Positions 1-12,706 of a stretch of 64,000 nucleotides of DNA are shown here, in pieces; position 1 is the first letter of the stretch, and every line of letters begins with the position of its first letter. The DNA comes from Dipteris shenzhenensis (Eukaryota). Position numbers and translations under genes: made by a program. Location: assembly GCA_047967505.1 (NCBI GenBank), contig CM106538.1. One strand, given 5' to 3'. The notes beneath the pieces are model-generated. The model did not search any database. It was not told the origin of the DNA and worked only from the letters and a program-made list of their open reading frames with translations.

Positions 1-2114
1 GCAAACATGCCTGAATGGAGTGTAGCAATGTGTGCACATGGGACCGGTGTAGTTGTAGATATTGATATTTGGCATAAACGCATTGGTCATGTTAATGTAC
101 AACGACTTAAATTAATGCAGGCCCAAAATATTTTTGTAGGATTGCCTAAGTTCAAGGCTGCAGAAATGCATAAGGTATGTGAAGCCTGTCAATTTGGAAA
201 ATAGGCAAGGAAACCATTTCCTAGACATGTTCAAGAAAGTAAGAGGCCATTGGAATTAATCCACTCTGATGTGTGGACTACTAAAGCTACATCTATTGGA
301 GGCTGTCATTATTTTGTCACTTTTATTGATGACTACAGTAGAAAAGTTTGGGTGTAATTTATGAAAAAGAAAAGTCAAGTGTTTGGGCATTTCAAAGCTT
401 TTAAAGCTATGGTTGAGAAAGAAACAGGACTGCAAATAAAATTCCTAAGGTCAGATGCAGGGGGAGAGTACTTCTCAAATGAGTTTGCAAGGTTCCTGCA
501 AGAGCATGGTATAAAGTAGCAATATTCATGTAGTCATACCCCACAACGAAATGGACTTGCAGAAAGGAAAAATAGGCATATTGGAGAGGTATCTCGTGCC
601 ATGCTCAACGAAAAAGACCTACCATATTATTATTGGGCTGAAGCAGTTGCTACAGTAGTTTACATAATGAACAGGACTCCCACTGCAGCAATACATGGCA
701 CGATGCCAGAGGAGATGTATACTAATAGGAAACCAGATATTTCTCATTTGAAAATTTTTGGTTTCATTGCCTATGTTCATGTGCTAGATGAGTTGAGGTC
801 CAAGTTTGATCCAAAAGGTGAGAAGTGCATCTTTATTGGTTATTCTCTATAGCAGAAAGGGTATAGATGCTATAACCCTTCTACTCGTAAGTTTACAGTG
901 AGCAGAGATGTTGTATTTGATGAGATGAGCAGCTGGTATAAACCAGTACATGTGATTGATGATATAGATGCACAAAATGGTAATGCTGCATAGAATTCAC
1001 GGTAGCAATCACAAAATATTAGTGGACCTACAGTGTCCTCTAGTAGTGGTTCACATACTTCGCCATGGACAGGTAGATTGAGATCAGGAGAATCTCCTCA
1101 AAGCAATGTAGATAGTGGTATGCAGGTATCACAAAAAGGAAAAGAGAAGGTAGATCAGCCCATGTTTGATGTGAATGCAGGTCACTCTTATGTGGATGGT
1201 GAATCCAGTGGCTCTGAACAGAGCATTGATGATGAGTTGGGTATACCTTCTGTTGTTACACCTAGAGTAAGGAAGACCAGGGATGTTTTGAGAGCACCTG
1301 GAAGTGAGCCTATTTTGCGTAAATCTACCAGAGCTAGGTATCCTGTGGATAGGTTGAAATATGATGGATTTACAACCATGCAGTATGCCTATATGGTCAA
1401 AGTGATACAGGAACCAGAACCCACTTCTTTTGAGCAAGCCATGGGAAAAGAAAAATGGGAGAAAGCCATGGATGAAGAAATGGATGCCTTGGAAGCAAAT
1501 GCTACATGGGAATTGGTGCCTTTGCCTAAAGACAAGAATGCAATTGGTTGTAAGTGGGTTTATAAGGTGAAGCACAATGCAAATGGTTCTGTGAATAGAT
1601 ACAAGGCAATATTAGTTGTCAAGGGGTATGCACAGACATATGGCATTGATTATGAAGAAACATTCAGTCTGGTTGCAAGGATGGCAACTATAAGAGCAGC
1701 CATTGCGATGGCTGCATCAAAGGGATGGTCTTTACATTAGATGGATGTAAAGAATGCCTTCTTGCATGGTGATTTGCAAGAAGAGGTCTTTATGGAGTTG
1801 GATCCAAAAACTGAGAAGTGCATCTTTATTGGTTATTCTCTGCAGCAGAAAGTGTATAGATGCTATAACCCTTCTACTTATAAGTTTACAGTAAGCACAG
1901 ATGTTGTTTTTGATGAGATGAGTAGCTGGTATAAACCAGTAAATGTGATTGATGATGTAGATGCACAAAATGGTAATGCTGCACACAATTCATAGTAGCA
2001 ATCACAAAATATTAGTGGACATGTAGTGTCCTCTAGTAGTGGTTCACATACTTTGCCATGGATAAGCAGATTTAGATTAGGAGGATCTCCTCAAAGCAAT
2101 GCAGATAGTGGTAT
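1..2114 (+). mobile_element. Ty1/Copia family A, copy A1, left part (GAG-pre-integrase, integrase, N-terminal RT; decayed)
   Basis: WHKRIGH..CEACQFGK zinc finger, YWAEAVATVVY integrase, CKWVYKVK and [14 protein letters not shown] motifs in Copia order (INT before RT); in-frame stops; highly similar to 7186-12706. Confidence 0.95.
1795..2114 (+). repeat. Internal ~320-bp duplication of the integrase C-terminal region (copy of ~805-1120)
   Basis: RT sequence EEVFME jumps back to LDPKTEKCIFIGYS, already present at ~805-850. Confidence 0.9.
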
Positions 2115-4173
2115 TGTGACGCCAAAAAATGATATTTTTAACTTGGCATTGATATTGTTTTTCTCTATGTTTGATAAGAGTTTGAGTATCAAGTGATAGC
2201 CTAGCGGCTCTCACTTATTTCTATTTTCTATGATATTGTATGGGATGGAGAGGATGAGTGGAATGGCTCATTGTAAATACCATAGGTATGAATTATAAAT
2301 ACCTTGGTATGGGGTGAGAGTTATTTGTGTATGGGATATTATGGAGTTTTTTAGAAAATAGGAAGAGTGAGTCATATAAAGAGGTGGGCTCATGTCCATG
2401 TGTTCCAATAATATAAGAGAGGCCACATGCCAAGTGTGTGAAAGGCATGTGGAGGAGTGTGAAGTCAAGAGGAATCCTTCTAGAACTCCTATGTGGAATA
2501 AGGAGGATGTGGACATGTGGAAAAGAGAGGGTCCCTATGGGCTCCATGTGAGGAGACTCTTGACTTTCTCAATATTTTAAGAGTCTTGAGCATCTTTTGA
2601 TGGGACACATGGCAAGAGTAGCCAAAAAGGACATGGATGGTGACATACGTGCTTATGTGATTAATGGGGAAAAGAATCTACAGGCAGCAATTGTAAATGG
2701 GTGAAGGAGGGTGACAAAATCTCTATAAAAGGAGCCCTCCTCTCCCTTGTTCATCAATCTCTTCCACCATTAGGCCTCATGTTGCTGTAGCTCTAGTCTC
2801 CCCAAGCCTCTTCCATGAGCCTTCTCTCCCTCTTGTAGATATTCTCTTATGTAGACTCTTGAGTCCTTCTCTCTCTAGTTTATTCTCTCTCTATGAGTAG
2901 TCTTGGAGCTTCCGCTCCCTTTTGTATGTATGAAACCTCTTCTTCTCCCTTGTGTTTGTAGTGTTGAAGTGGATTCTCACTCTATTTGTAATGAAGGTCA
3001 CTTCAGGTTCTCTCTCTCTTGAGTGTCTCGTCCCTTTTCTCTTTTAAAGCCTTGAAAGTTCTTTCTATTCGGTCGCTTACTGTGCATACATGGTCCATTT
3101 GTTTCTCGAGCCACCATGCAAAATTCTTCCCCTCTTCTAGGCAAAATCCATGAGAGGTGGATCGTTGATGAAGGTGGAGTCTTGAGGGAGCATCCTACTC
3201 AGGCGAAATTAGCTTGGGGGAAGGTAGTTTTCATGATAGTTTGACCCCCTATTAGTGTTTTTTTCATAACTTTCTGCTCAATAGTCTGATTGTAATGAAA
3301 TTTATATCAGTGCAAAGCTCTATTCAAGGCGCATGTTTGTATATAATTAGATCTTGAATCAGATATTGCTGCAAAAAGTTATGAGTCTCTGTGTCTGACA
3401 GTCTGTTTTCATGACAGTTTTTACCCCCATCTAGTAAACTATCCATAACTTTTTGGCTGCTTCTTTGTTTCTTACGAAACATATATCAGCGTGAAGCTCT
3501 CTTTAAGCCGCAAGTCTCTATGTGCTTAGATCTTGAATCAGATACTGCTATAAAATGTTATGAGTCTCTGTGTTTGATAGTCTATTTTCATGACAGTTTT
3601 TACCCCCTTCCAGTAAACTGTCCATATCTCTTCAACCGTCTGTCTGTTTCCAATGAAACTTATATTAGTGCGAAGCGCATCTCAAGGTGCATCTCTTTGT
3701 GTACTTGAATCTTTGATATCATGTCTCTACTGAAAGTTATAGGCCTCTATGTCTAATGATAGTTCATAGAGTGTTTTGAGCTAAGTATAAGGGTGTCTAT
3801 GAAGGAGGTGCAATGTTTCCTCAGAATCTACCCATCCGACCCAGTCAGCCCCTTCAAACTCATCGATATATATCAGTTCATGTCATGTTGAGCCACAAGA
3901 TCTTCTTTCAACAACGTATCACTTTTCTCTTTGGTGCAGACCGGCTTATGGCCTCTGCTGATCCTTTCCTTCTCCCTATGCTTGATTACAACATCACTTG
4001 GGATGTTACTATCTTCATTCTCATCTAAGGGAGGAAGGTATGGTGTGGTATCTTGGCATAAAAGCTTCTTTCTAATGTCCCATTCTCAATGATAAATATC
4101 TTTGGCAGTCAGTTCGAAAGCAGCAGGAAGTGAAGAGGTGCGTGAAGTTTATTACCCCCAACTTCATGTCACA
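2115..4173 (+). mobile_element. ~2.06-kb 5' LTR, probably Ty3/Gypsy-type, inserted into A1
   Basis: Starts TGTGAC exactly where A homology stops, ends GTCACA (6-bp terminal inverted repeat); CTATAAAAG TATA box at ~2723; followed by a PBS-like site. Confidence 0.75.
3225..3750. repeat. ~3 tandem ~179-bp repeats inside the LTR
   Basis: TTTTCATGA(C/T)AGTTT recurs at ~3228, 3406, 3586; TAGATCTTGAATCAGATA at ~3348 and 3527. Confidence 0.85.
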
Positions 4174-4178
4174 TCTTT

Positions 4179-4194
4179 TGGTGGAGACATCGGG
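4179..4194 (+). promoter_or_regulatory. Primer-binding site, probably tRNA-Ala
   Basis: TGGTGGAGA 5 nt after the LTR end is complementary to the ...TCTCCACCA 3' end of tRNA-Ala. Confidence 0.6.
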
Positions 4195-5990
4195 TACGTT
4201 TGGTATTGGATTCATCCCACCTTACTAAAAGGTCTCGGGTGTACTTGATTGCATGTTATGCCTAGAAGAGGCATGTGTTTTGATGAGACAAAGAAGATGC
4301 CTGGAAGAGACAAAGAAGATGCCTGGAAGAACTCCATTAGAAGAGATTGCAACCCGTTTAAGAGAACTTGAAGATTGTGAAGGTGATGCTCAAGCTATTC
4401 GCATAGTCACCATGATCATATCCTTTATGTTTGCACTCTTGAATATGTTGGTGAATCGACAACGCCATCAGCAGGCACAATGATAGATTGGGGATTGTTC
4501 CATGCACTGGCATCTTGGTGTGAAGAAGAGTTGAGTCTTTGGGTAGTTTTTGAGTATAACAGTGGAGTGGTGATTCTTAATGCTTTCAACTTCTTTTGCT
4601 ATGCAAATGATGAAGAGTATAATATCTTGAAGCTTTTATGTGCACTTCCTATTGTGAGAAGGGTGATTCTAGAATGCATGTATACATAATGTTTTCATGG
4701 TGCTGGTTGGTCACTTATTTTTGAAGATTTTGTTGAGGATCACATTGTGGAGGGTTTTCAACCACCAATTTCCAAAACCGATAAGCCCAAGCTCACTTCC
4801 TTTTATTGCAAGATTTTGCGAGAGCTCAAGAAGCTAATTAGTAGTCACATCACTGACGCAGCGGAAATGCAAAGTAATGTATGTGACTTAAGTAAAGATC
4901 CACTCACTAAGTGGTAGTAGAGGGTGACCCCAGTTTGCAAATACACTAGAAATTTGGGATGGCACTAGACATCACTGAGACACATGAAGATCCAATTGCC
5001 AAAGCATGGACACTAGATTGAATCATCAACCGATCTTCCTTTGATGCTAACCTTCCTTTGATGCTAACCATTGTATCCATGTCCTCCATAAGGGCAATGG
5101 AATGTTGAAGCTGATCCTCCAACCTCTTCTCCTCAAGCCTCATCAACAGATGAAGCTATCCTTTCAAGTTAGCTAGCTTGCCCCAATCCATCACTTTGAT
5201 GAATAAGCCATCAGTCACAGCACACCTATGGTTTCAACCCAAGAGCCTCAGTGTTTGAGCATTGGTTTGTCCCTGCAAGTCTATGAGGACATGACTAAGG
5301 ATAGCCGCGGCAAGATATTAGCCTCAGGTTAGCAGGCTAGCATGGAGGTTTTACATATGAAGGTTTTGACAAGGCATAGATTCCCTTGTATCATTCTTAA
5401 TGTACTAACGATTGCTAGCCCTCGGGTGAGGCTAACATCATAGGGTTCAAAGTGTATTCATGGAGTGCCAACTTACTCAAATGGGATGGAGCATCTTGGC
5501 CCGATTAATATTTTGTAGAAGAGGTACAAGAGATTGCACATATCCACAAATCACAAGTAGTGGCATGACGCACCAAGCAATACTACTTTTAGAATGTGGT
5601 TTTGCCTAGGTAGAAGAAATGCAGTTGTAACAAGGAGTAAAGAAGAGGACAAGAGAGTAGTGTGCCAAGTCCTCTTCCTCTCATCGGTAGAGCTTGCTAG
5701 GATAGGAAGCTATTGAGTGTTCATTAGCTTGGTTGTAAGAACATCAATATACATTGATTACTTTTTGTTATCTAATTGTCTCTTATGGGGTATCACACTC
5801 AGTATTCCTTTGCTAAGTGTGTGTATAACTCGGTATTCTCCCATCCGGTTCTCCTATGAACAATTAACCCCAAACTCTGAGTGTTAATGTTGTCATCTGT
5901 TAGTTCACCCAAGCATATTGTACTTAGGATTTCAAGAGAGGGCATCTTCACCAAGAACTAAAGAGGGTCATCTTAACACCTCGCATCATA
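4195..5990 (+). pseudogene. Degenerate internal (gag-region-like) sequence of the same element
   Basis: Short coding-like ORF fragments (4253-4689) directly after the PBS; no diagnostic motif recognised. Confidence 0.35.
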
Positions 5991-7060
5991 TTATTGTCAT
6001 TGGGTACCATTTGCATGGTTAAGAGGCCATATTTCCATGTTCTTGATCTCATGCATCATGCATCTGTGGGGAAAAAATAACTCAGTGGTATTTCAAGCAT
6101 GAAAATGTAACCTGATGGCTATGATACTTTACAGAGGCATTCAAATTACCTAATTTAAGGCCCATGAAAGGTATCATGCCCATCAGGTACCATTTTCATA
6201 GTCAAGAAGCCATATTTCCATGTTTTTGTCCATGCATCATGCATGGGCATACAAAAAATGCCTCAATGGCTATGCATGCAAATGGGATCCAATGGTCATG
6301 ATACTTTTTATGGGACCTAATCTCACATACTTAAAGTCTTGTACAAAGTGTCATACCCATTTGGTACCATTTGCATGGTCAACAAGCCATATTTCACACG
6401 TTTTTGGCCATGCATCACACATGTGTAGGGAAAAAATGCCTCAGTGGTCTTCTAAGCATGAAAATGTTACCCGATGTCCATGATACTTTGTACAAGCCTT
6501 GGAATCACCTAATTTAATGATTGTACAAAGTATCATGCCCATCAAGTACCATTTGCATGGTCATGAAGCCATATTTCTATGTTTTTGCCCATGCATCACG
6601 CATGTGCAGAGGGGAAATGCATTGGTGGTATTCTAAGTATGAAAATGGGACCCGATTGCAATGATACTTTGCATGGGACTTAATATCACCTAATATAAGG
6701 CCCGTGAGAAGATTCATGCCCATCGGGTACCATTTGCATAGTCAAGAGGCCATATTTCCATGTTTCTAATCATGCATCATGTATGTGTGGGGAAAAAATG
6801 CCTTGATGGTCTTCTAAGCATGAAAATTAGATCCGATTGCCATGATGATTTTCACATCCCTTAAATTCATCTAATTTAAGTCTTGTGCAAATTTCATATA
6901 AAACAATGCCCCAACAGTCTTCTAAACATGAAATGGGGCTTGATGGCCATGATACTTTTGACAAACCTTTGACTCACCTAATTTAAGTCCTTTGCAAGTT
7001 TATGCCAATTAGGTTCCATTAAATGGTCAAGAGGCCATTTTTCCATGTTCTTGCCCATGC
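5990..7060. repeat. Tandem array of ~181-bp internally palindromic monomers (~6 units)
   Basis: GTACCATTT(G/T)CAT.GTCAAGA.GCCATATTTC recurs at ~6004, 6187, 6364, 6546, 6727 and (after a shortened unit) 7013. Confidence 0.9.
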
Positions 7061-7185
7061 TGTAAGAAAACAATACAACATATGTGCTCAACAGATAACA
7101 GGATCTCGTATGCAAGAGAGAGAAAAGCTGATAGTATGGAGAATCCAAAAATTGATTACTGTAAAATTGATACAATAGATGGCAC

Positions 7186-10100
7186 TGTGAAGATAGTGGG
7201 AGAGAGGGAAGGAGTCTCACTTGAGGATTTCTCACAATCACAATGGGGGAATACACACAAAGGTGGAGGCTGAAAACAATTTTCCTCTTCTTAGTTGTGA
7301 AAGCCAAAAGAACTCTAGTACAAAGAAAATAGAAGAACCCTATATGTGGGTCTTAAACCAAACTCAACTAACTAAGGTGGCATACTAACTGAGCCACAAA
7401 CTAGAGTAGATAAGGATAGCTGTCATCCAGCTATTATTCGTGGGCGGTGTACCAACCGCATCTCTAGCTAACAACTCGGTGACATAAATACACAATGGTC
7501 ACCCTGGCATATCGCGAGTGGAGCTCAATATCTCAACACTCCCCCTCGAGCTCAACCCCAATTCCTGCACACCAAGCAGGTCTTTGAACTTGCGCAGCTT
7601 CTCTGCGCCCAATGCTTTCGTGAATATGTCAGCTACTTGATCCTCTGTGTTGACATAAACTAGATCAATAAGACCTAATAAAACCTTCTCCTGCACATAG
7701 TGATAATGCACCTCAATGTGCTTTGTTCTAGCATGAAAGACTGGGTTCTTTGCCAAGTGTATGCTGCTCATGTTTTCACAATAAATGACAACTGGCCCAT
7801 CTGTAGACTGATGCATATCATAGAGTAGCTTATGCAACCAAGCTACCTCACATGCAGCCATTGCTGCACCCCTGTACTCAGCCTCTGTGCTTGACAAGGC
7901 AACTATAGGCTGTTTCTTGCTGCTCCAAGTGACTGTAGCACTCCCAAAAGAGAACACATATCCACTGATAGATCGTCTATCAGAAATACTACTAGCCCAA
8001 TCAGCATCAGTGTATCCATGCAACTGTATATGAACCCCAGCCTCATAAATAGTCCATACTACAATGTGGACTTCACATACCTGAGTATGCGTCTAGCCGC
8101 ATCCAAATGCGGTTTCCTTGGAGCCTGCATAAACTGACTTACCAACCCAACAGCATAGCTCAAATCTGGCTTGGTAATAGTCATGTAAATCAAACTTCCT
8201 ACTATGTGTCTGTACATAGTAGGGTCTTCCAGAAGCTCACCTGCATCTGCGCTCAGCTTCACATTCTGCTCCAATGGAACTGACATAGGCTACAGCCTGT
8301 CATCCCATATTTGGACAGCATGTCCAATCCATACTGCCTCTACAAGAGCTGTATCCCACTTGGTGATCTAATCACCTCAATGCCCAAGAAATAACGCAGC
8401 TCTCCCAAATCCTTCATCTCAAACTTCTGCCTCAATAGCATTTTCACATGGGATATCTTCATCACTATCACCTGTGATGATCAAATCATCAACATAAATG
8501 ACAAGCAGCATAATCCCTTTCTCTGTTTTTCTCACATAGAGTGAGAAATCTACCTTGGAAATCTGAAAGCCAATAGTGACAAGATATTGTCCTATCTTGT
8601 CAGACCATGCTGTAGTGCTTGCTTCAAGCCATACAAGGATTTCTTCAACCTGCAAACAAACTCAGGATGAATAGCATGAACATAACCTGCTGGCTGCTCC
8701 ATAAAGACCTCTTCTTGCAAATCACCATGCAAGAAGGCATTCTTTACATCCATCTGATGTAAAGACCATCCCTTTGATGCAGCCATAGCAATGGCTGCTC
8801 TTACGGTTGCCATCCTTGCAACTGGGCGGAAAGTTTCTTCATAATCAATGCCATATGTCTGTGCATACCCCTTGACAACTAATCTTGCCTTGTATCTATT
8901 CACAGAACCATCTGCATTGTGCTTGATCTTATAAACCCACTTACAGCCAATTGCATTCTTGTCTTTAGGCAAAGGCACCAATTCCCATGTAGCATTTGCA
9001 TCCAAGGCATCCATTTCTTCATCCATGGCTTTCTCCCATTTTTCATTTCCCATGGCTTGCAAAAGAAGTGGGTTCTGGTTCCTGTATCACTTTGACCATA
9101 TAGGCATAGTGAATGGCTGTAAATCCATCATATTTCAGCCTATCCACAGGATACCTAACCCTAGTAGACCTGTGCAAAATAGGCTCACTTCCAAATGCTC
9201 TCAAAACATCCCTGGTCTTCCTTACTCCAGGTGTAACAACAGAAGGAATACCCAACTCATCATCAATGCTCTGCTCTGAGCCACTGGATTCACCATCCAC
9301 ACAAGAGTGACCTATATTCACATCAAACATGAGCTGATCTACCTTCCCTTTTCCTTTTTGTGATACCTGCATACCACTCTCTGCATTGCTTTAACGAGAT
9401 TCTCCTGATCTCAATCTGCCTATCCATGGCGAAGTATGTGAACCACTGCTAAAGGACACTGCAGATCCACTGATATTTTGTGATTGTTGCTGTGAATTTT
9501 GTGCAGCATTACCATTTTGTGCATCTACATCGATCATCACATTTACTAGTTTATACCAGCTGCTCATCTCATCAAAAACATCTCTGCTCACTGTGAACTT
9601 ACGTGTAGAAGGGTTATAGCATCTATACCCTTTCTGCTGTAGAGAATAACCAATAAAGATGCACTTCTCAGCCTTTGGATCCAACTTGGACCTCAACTCA
9701 TCTGGCACATGAACATAGGCAATGCAACCAAAAATTTTAAAATGAGAAATGTCTGGTTTCCTACCAGTATACATCTCCTCTGGCGTCATGCCATGTATTG
9801 CTACAGTGGGAGTCCTGTTCATTATATAAATTGCTGTAGCAACTGCTTCAGCCCAATAATAATCTGGTAGATCTTTTTCATTTAGCATGGCTCGAGATAC
9901 CTCTCCAATATGCCTGTTTTTCCTTTCTGCAATTCCATTTTGCTGTGGGGTATGACTGCATGAATATTGCTGCTTTATGCCATGCTCCTGCAGGAACCTT
10001 GCAAACTCATTTGAGAGGTACTCTCCCCCTCCATCTGACCTTAGGCATTTTATTTGCAGGCCTGTTTCTTTTTCAACCATAGCTTTGAAAGCTTTGAAGT

Positions 10101-12706
10101 GCCCAAACACTTCACTTTTCTTTTTCATAAAATACACCCAAAGTTTTCTGCTGAAGTCATCAATAAATGTGACAAAATAGTGACAGCCACCAATAGATGC
10201 AGCTTTAGTAGTCCACACATCAGAGTGGATTAATTCCAATGGCTTTTTACTCTCTTGAACATGCCTAGGAAAAGGTTTCCTTGCCTGTTTCCCAAATTGA
10301 CGGGCTTCACAAACCTTGTGCATTTCTGCAACCTTGAATTTAGGCAATCCTGCAACAATATTTTGGGCTTGCATTGATTTAAGTCGCTGTATATTAACAT
10401 GACCAATGCGTTTGTGCCAAATATCAATATCTGCAACTACACCGGTCCCATGTGCAAACATTGTTGCACTCAATTCAGGCATGTCCGCATCCAGCGTAAA
10501 CATCCTGCCCTTCTTCTTTCCTTTTGCTATCAAGCGACCATTATTTTTCATATCCTCAACAAAGCATCCATGAGGATTAAATCTGACCTGCAAGCCCTGC
10601 TCAACCATTTGACCAATAGAAACCAGGTTCTTGATGATGTTTGGGACATGAAATACATCAGACAAGTATTTCTTTTTCCCATCCTGCATAGACAAAGGAA
10701 TTTCGCCAATCTGCACAATAGGATGTGCAGTATCATCACCAGTCTCCAGAAATCCTAGTTTTTCCATTTTCCTTGCATCCTGCATCCATTCAGCATGACC
10801 TGTCATGTGGTTTGATGCACCTGAGTCAACATACCACACTTCATTGCTTTCTTCTGCACTTGTCACAGAATTTGTCATATGCTGCACCATAAACAAATGC
10901 TCATTTCTGTCATCACCGTATCTACTAGAGGATGCATAATTGCCTTGCTGCAATTTTCCATTCATAATGTCATTCTGCTTTTTGTAGCAGTCTTTAGTCA
11001 TATGCCCCATTTTACCACAGTAGTAGCATTCAACATTGCTGTTTGCATTTTGGCCTCTCTGCCATCCACCACGACCTCTTTGGCTCCCCCTGCCTCTAGA
11101 GTTACCACGTCCTCCTGCATAGGATTGGTTTTCTTGCATTTGCTGCATATTCAGATTTCTACCATGGCCTGCAGATCGGCCTCCTCTACCTCTATCTCTA
11201 CCTCTGCCAGCATTTGAGTAGAAGACAGTTTCTTTTGAAGTTCCTGCTGAAGAAGATGCACCACCATTTCTTTGCTCTTCAGAAATTTAAAGAGCAATCA
11301 ACTCCTCAAAATTAGGAAATTTTTCACGGACGGAAATGGATGTCCGAAACTGTGCATAATCCTTTCCTAGACCATTCAAGGTCACAGAAACTAGATCGTC
11401 ATCATCCACTGGCGACCCAATGGAAGCAAGTGCATCCGCAATTTTCTTCACCTTCATGTGGTAGTCATTGATGCTCATATTTTCTCTCTGCACATTGTGC
11501 AGCTCCTGCTTGAGCTACATTTTCCTGGCTTGCGTATTTGTGCTGTACATTTTTGCCAAAGTATCCCATGCCTCCTTTGGCGTACTTGCATCCTGAATAT
11601 GCACAATCATGGAGTCCGAAATATTGATAGACAGCCAGTACATAACTTTCCTGGCTCTCTCATGCCATCCTTTGAATGCCTGCATTTCCGGTTGATTGGG
11701 AACATTAGGAAGAATAGGTTCTTCTTCATTTCCTGTAATGAACTCCCAATAGCCTTTTCCCATCAAGAAATTCGTCATTCTAAACTTCCATGCCTGGAAG
11801 TTGTTCTTGTCAAGCTTTTCAGTGACAATCTGTGAAAGAGAATCAGATGCCATTATAGAACACTGCAAAATATTATGTCACTGCAAAAAAACACAGCTTT
11901 TGCCTCACACGGGCAGATCTGCAAAACTGACGAAAGTGGTATTTCACCACACAATCACTTCCTAGTGACGATTTTGCATCAATAGGCAACAAGCATGAAT
12001 CTACAACTCCCAATGTCTCTGCGCACAGGCATACGATGCAATTTCTGCGGTAACTTTTCACCGACCTGCAGAACAGTGGTCGCACAGCAAAAACAGGGCC
12101 TTTTTCTTAGTGCTTGCGGAGAACTTCTGCCTCCAAAATGGCTTTGCCCTCCCCCGCAGCATATAATGCCCTCTCGCCACACCGCGAAGGGCGTCTCAAT
12201 CTGAGACAGTGCACTCTTGCACTTCCGGCTGTGCTACCTGCAGAGATTTGCTCCCAAACTCGAAAAAGGAAAGCAACACTGGTCCTCTTACCAGGACACT
12301 GCGAACTTGGTTTGCTTTCTTGAGCTCCTTACCATGAACAAGGCTCTGATACCATGTGAAGATAGTGGGAGAGAGGGAAGGAGTCTCACTTGAGGCTTTC
12401 TCACAATCACAATGGGGGAATACACACAAAGGTGGAGGCTGAAAATAGTTTCCTCTTCTTAGTTGTGAAAGCCAAAAGAACTCTAGTACAAAGAAAATAG
12501 AAGAACCCTATATGTGGGTCTCAAACCAAACTCAACTAACTAAGGTGGCATACTAACTGAGCCACAAACTAGAGTAGATAAGGATAGCTGTCATCCAGCT
12601 ATTATTCATGGGCGGTGTACCAACCGCATCTCCAGCTAACAAGTCGGTGACATAAATACACAACGGTCACCCTAGCATATCGCGAGTGGAGCTCGATATC
12701 TCAACA
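7186..12706 (-). mobile_element. Structurally complete Ty1/Copia family A element (A2), 5.5 kb
   Basis: LTRs 7186-7538 and 12355-12706 (TG..CA, about 11 differences in 352 bp by eye); TSD GGCAC at 7181-7185 and 12707-12711; PBS TGGTATCAGAGC at 12343-12354; PPT CTCGAGGGGGAG. Confidence 0.98.
7499..11853 (-). pseudogene. A2 gag-pol polyprotein (gag, zinc knuckle, protease, integrase, RT, RNase H) with several stops/frameshifts
   Basis: KLDKNNFQAWKFRM, CYYCGKMGHMTKDC, WYVDSGASNHM, LRSDGGGEY, IYVDDLII, YTDADWA, KHIEVHYHYV; 585-aa open segment at 9391-11148. Confidence 0.95.
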
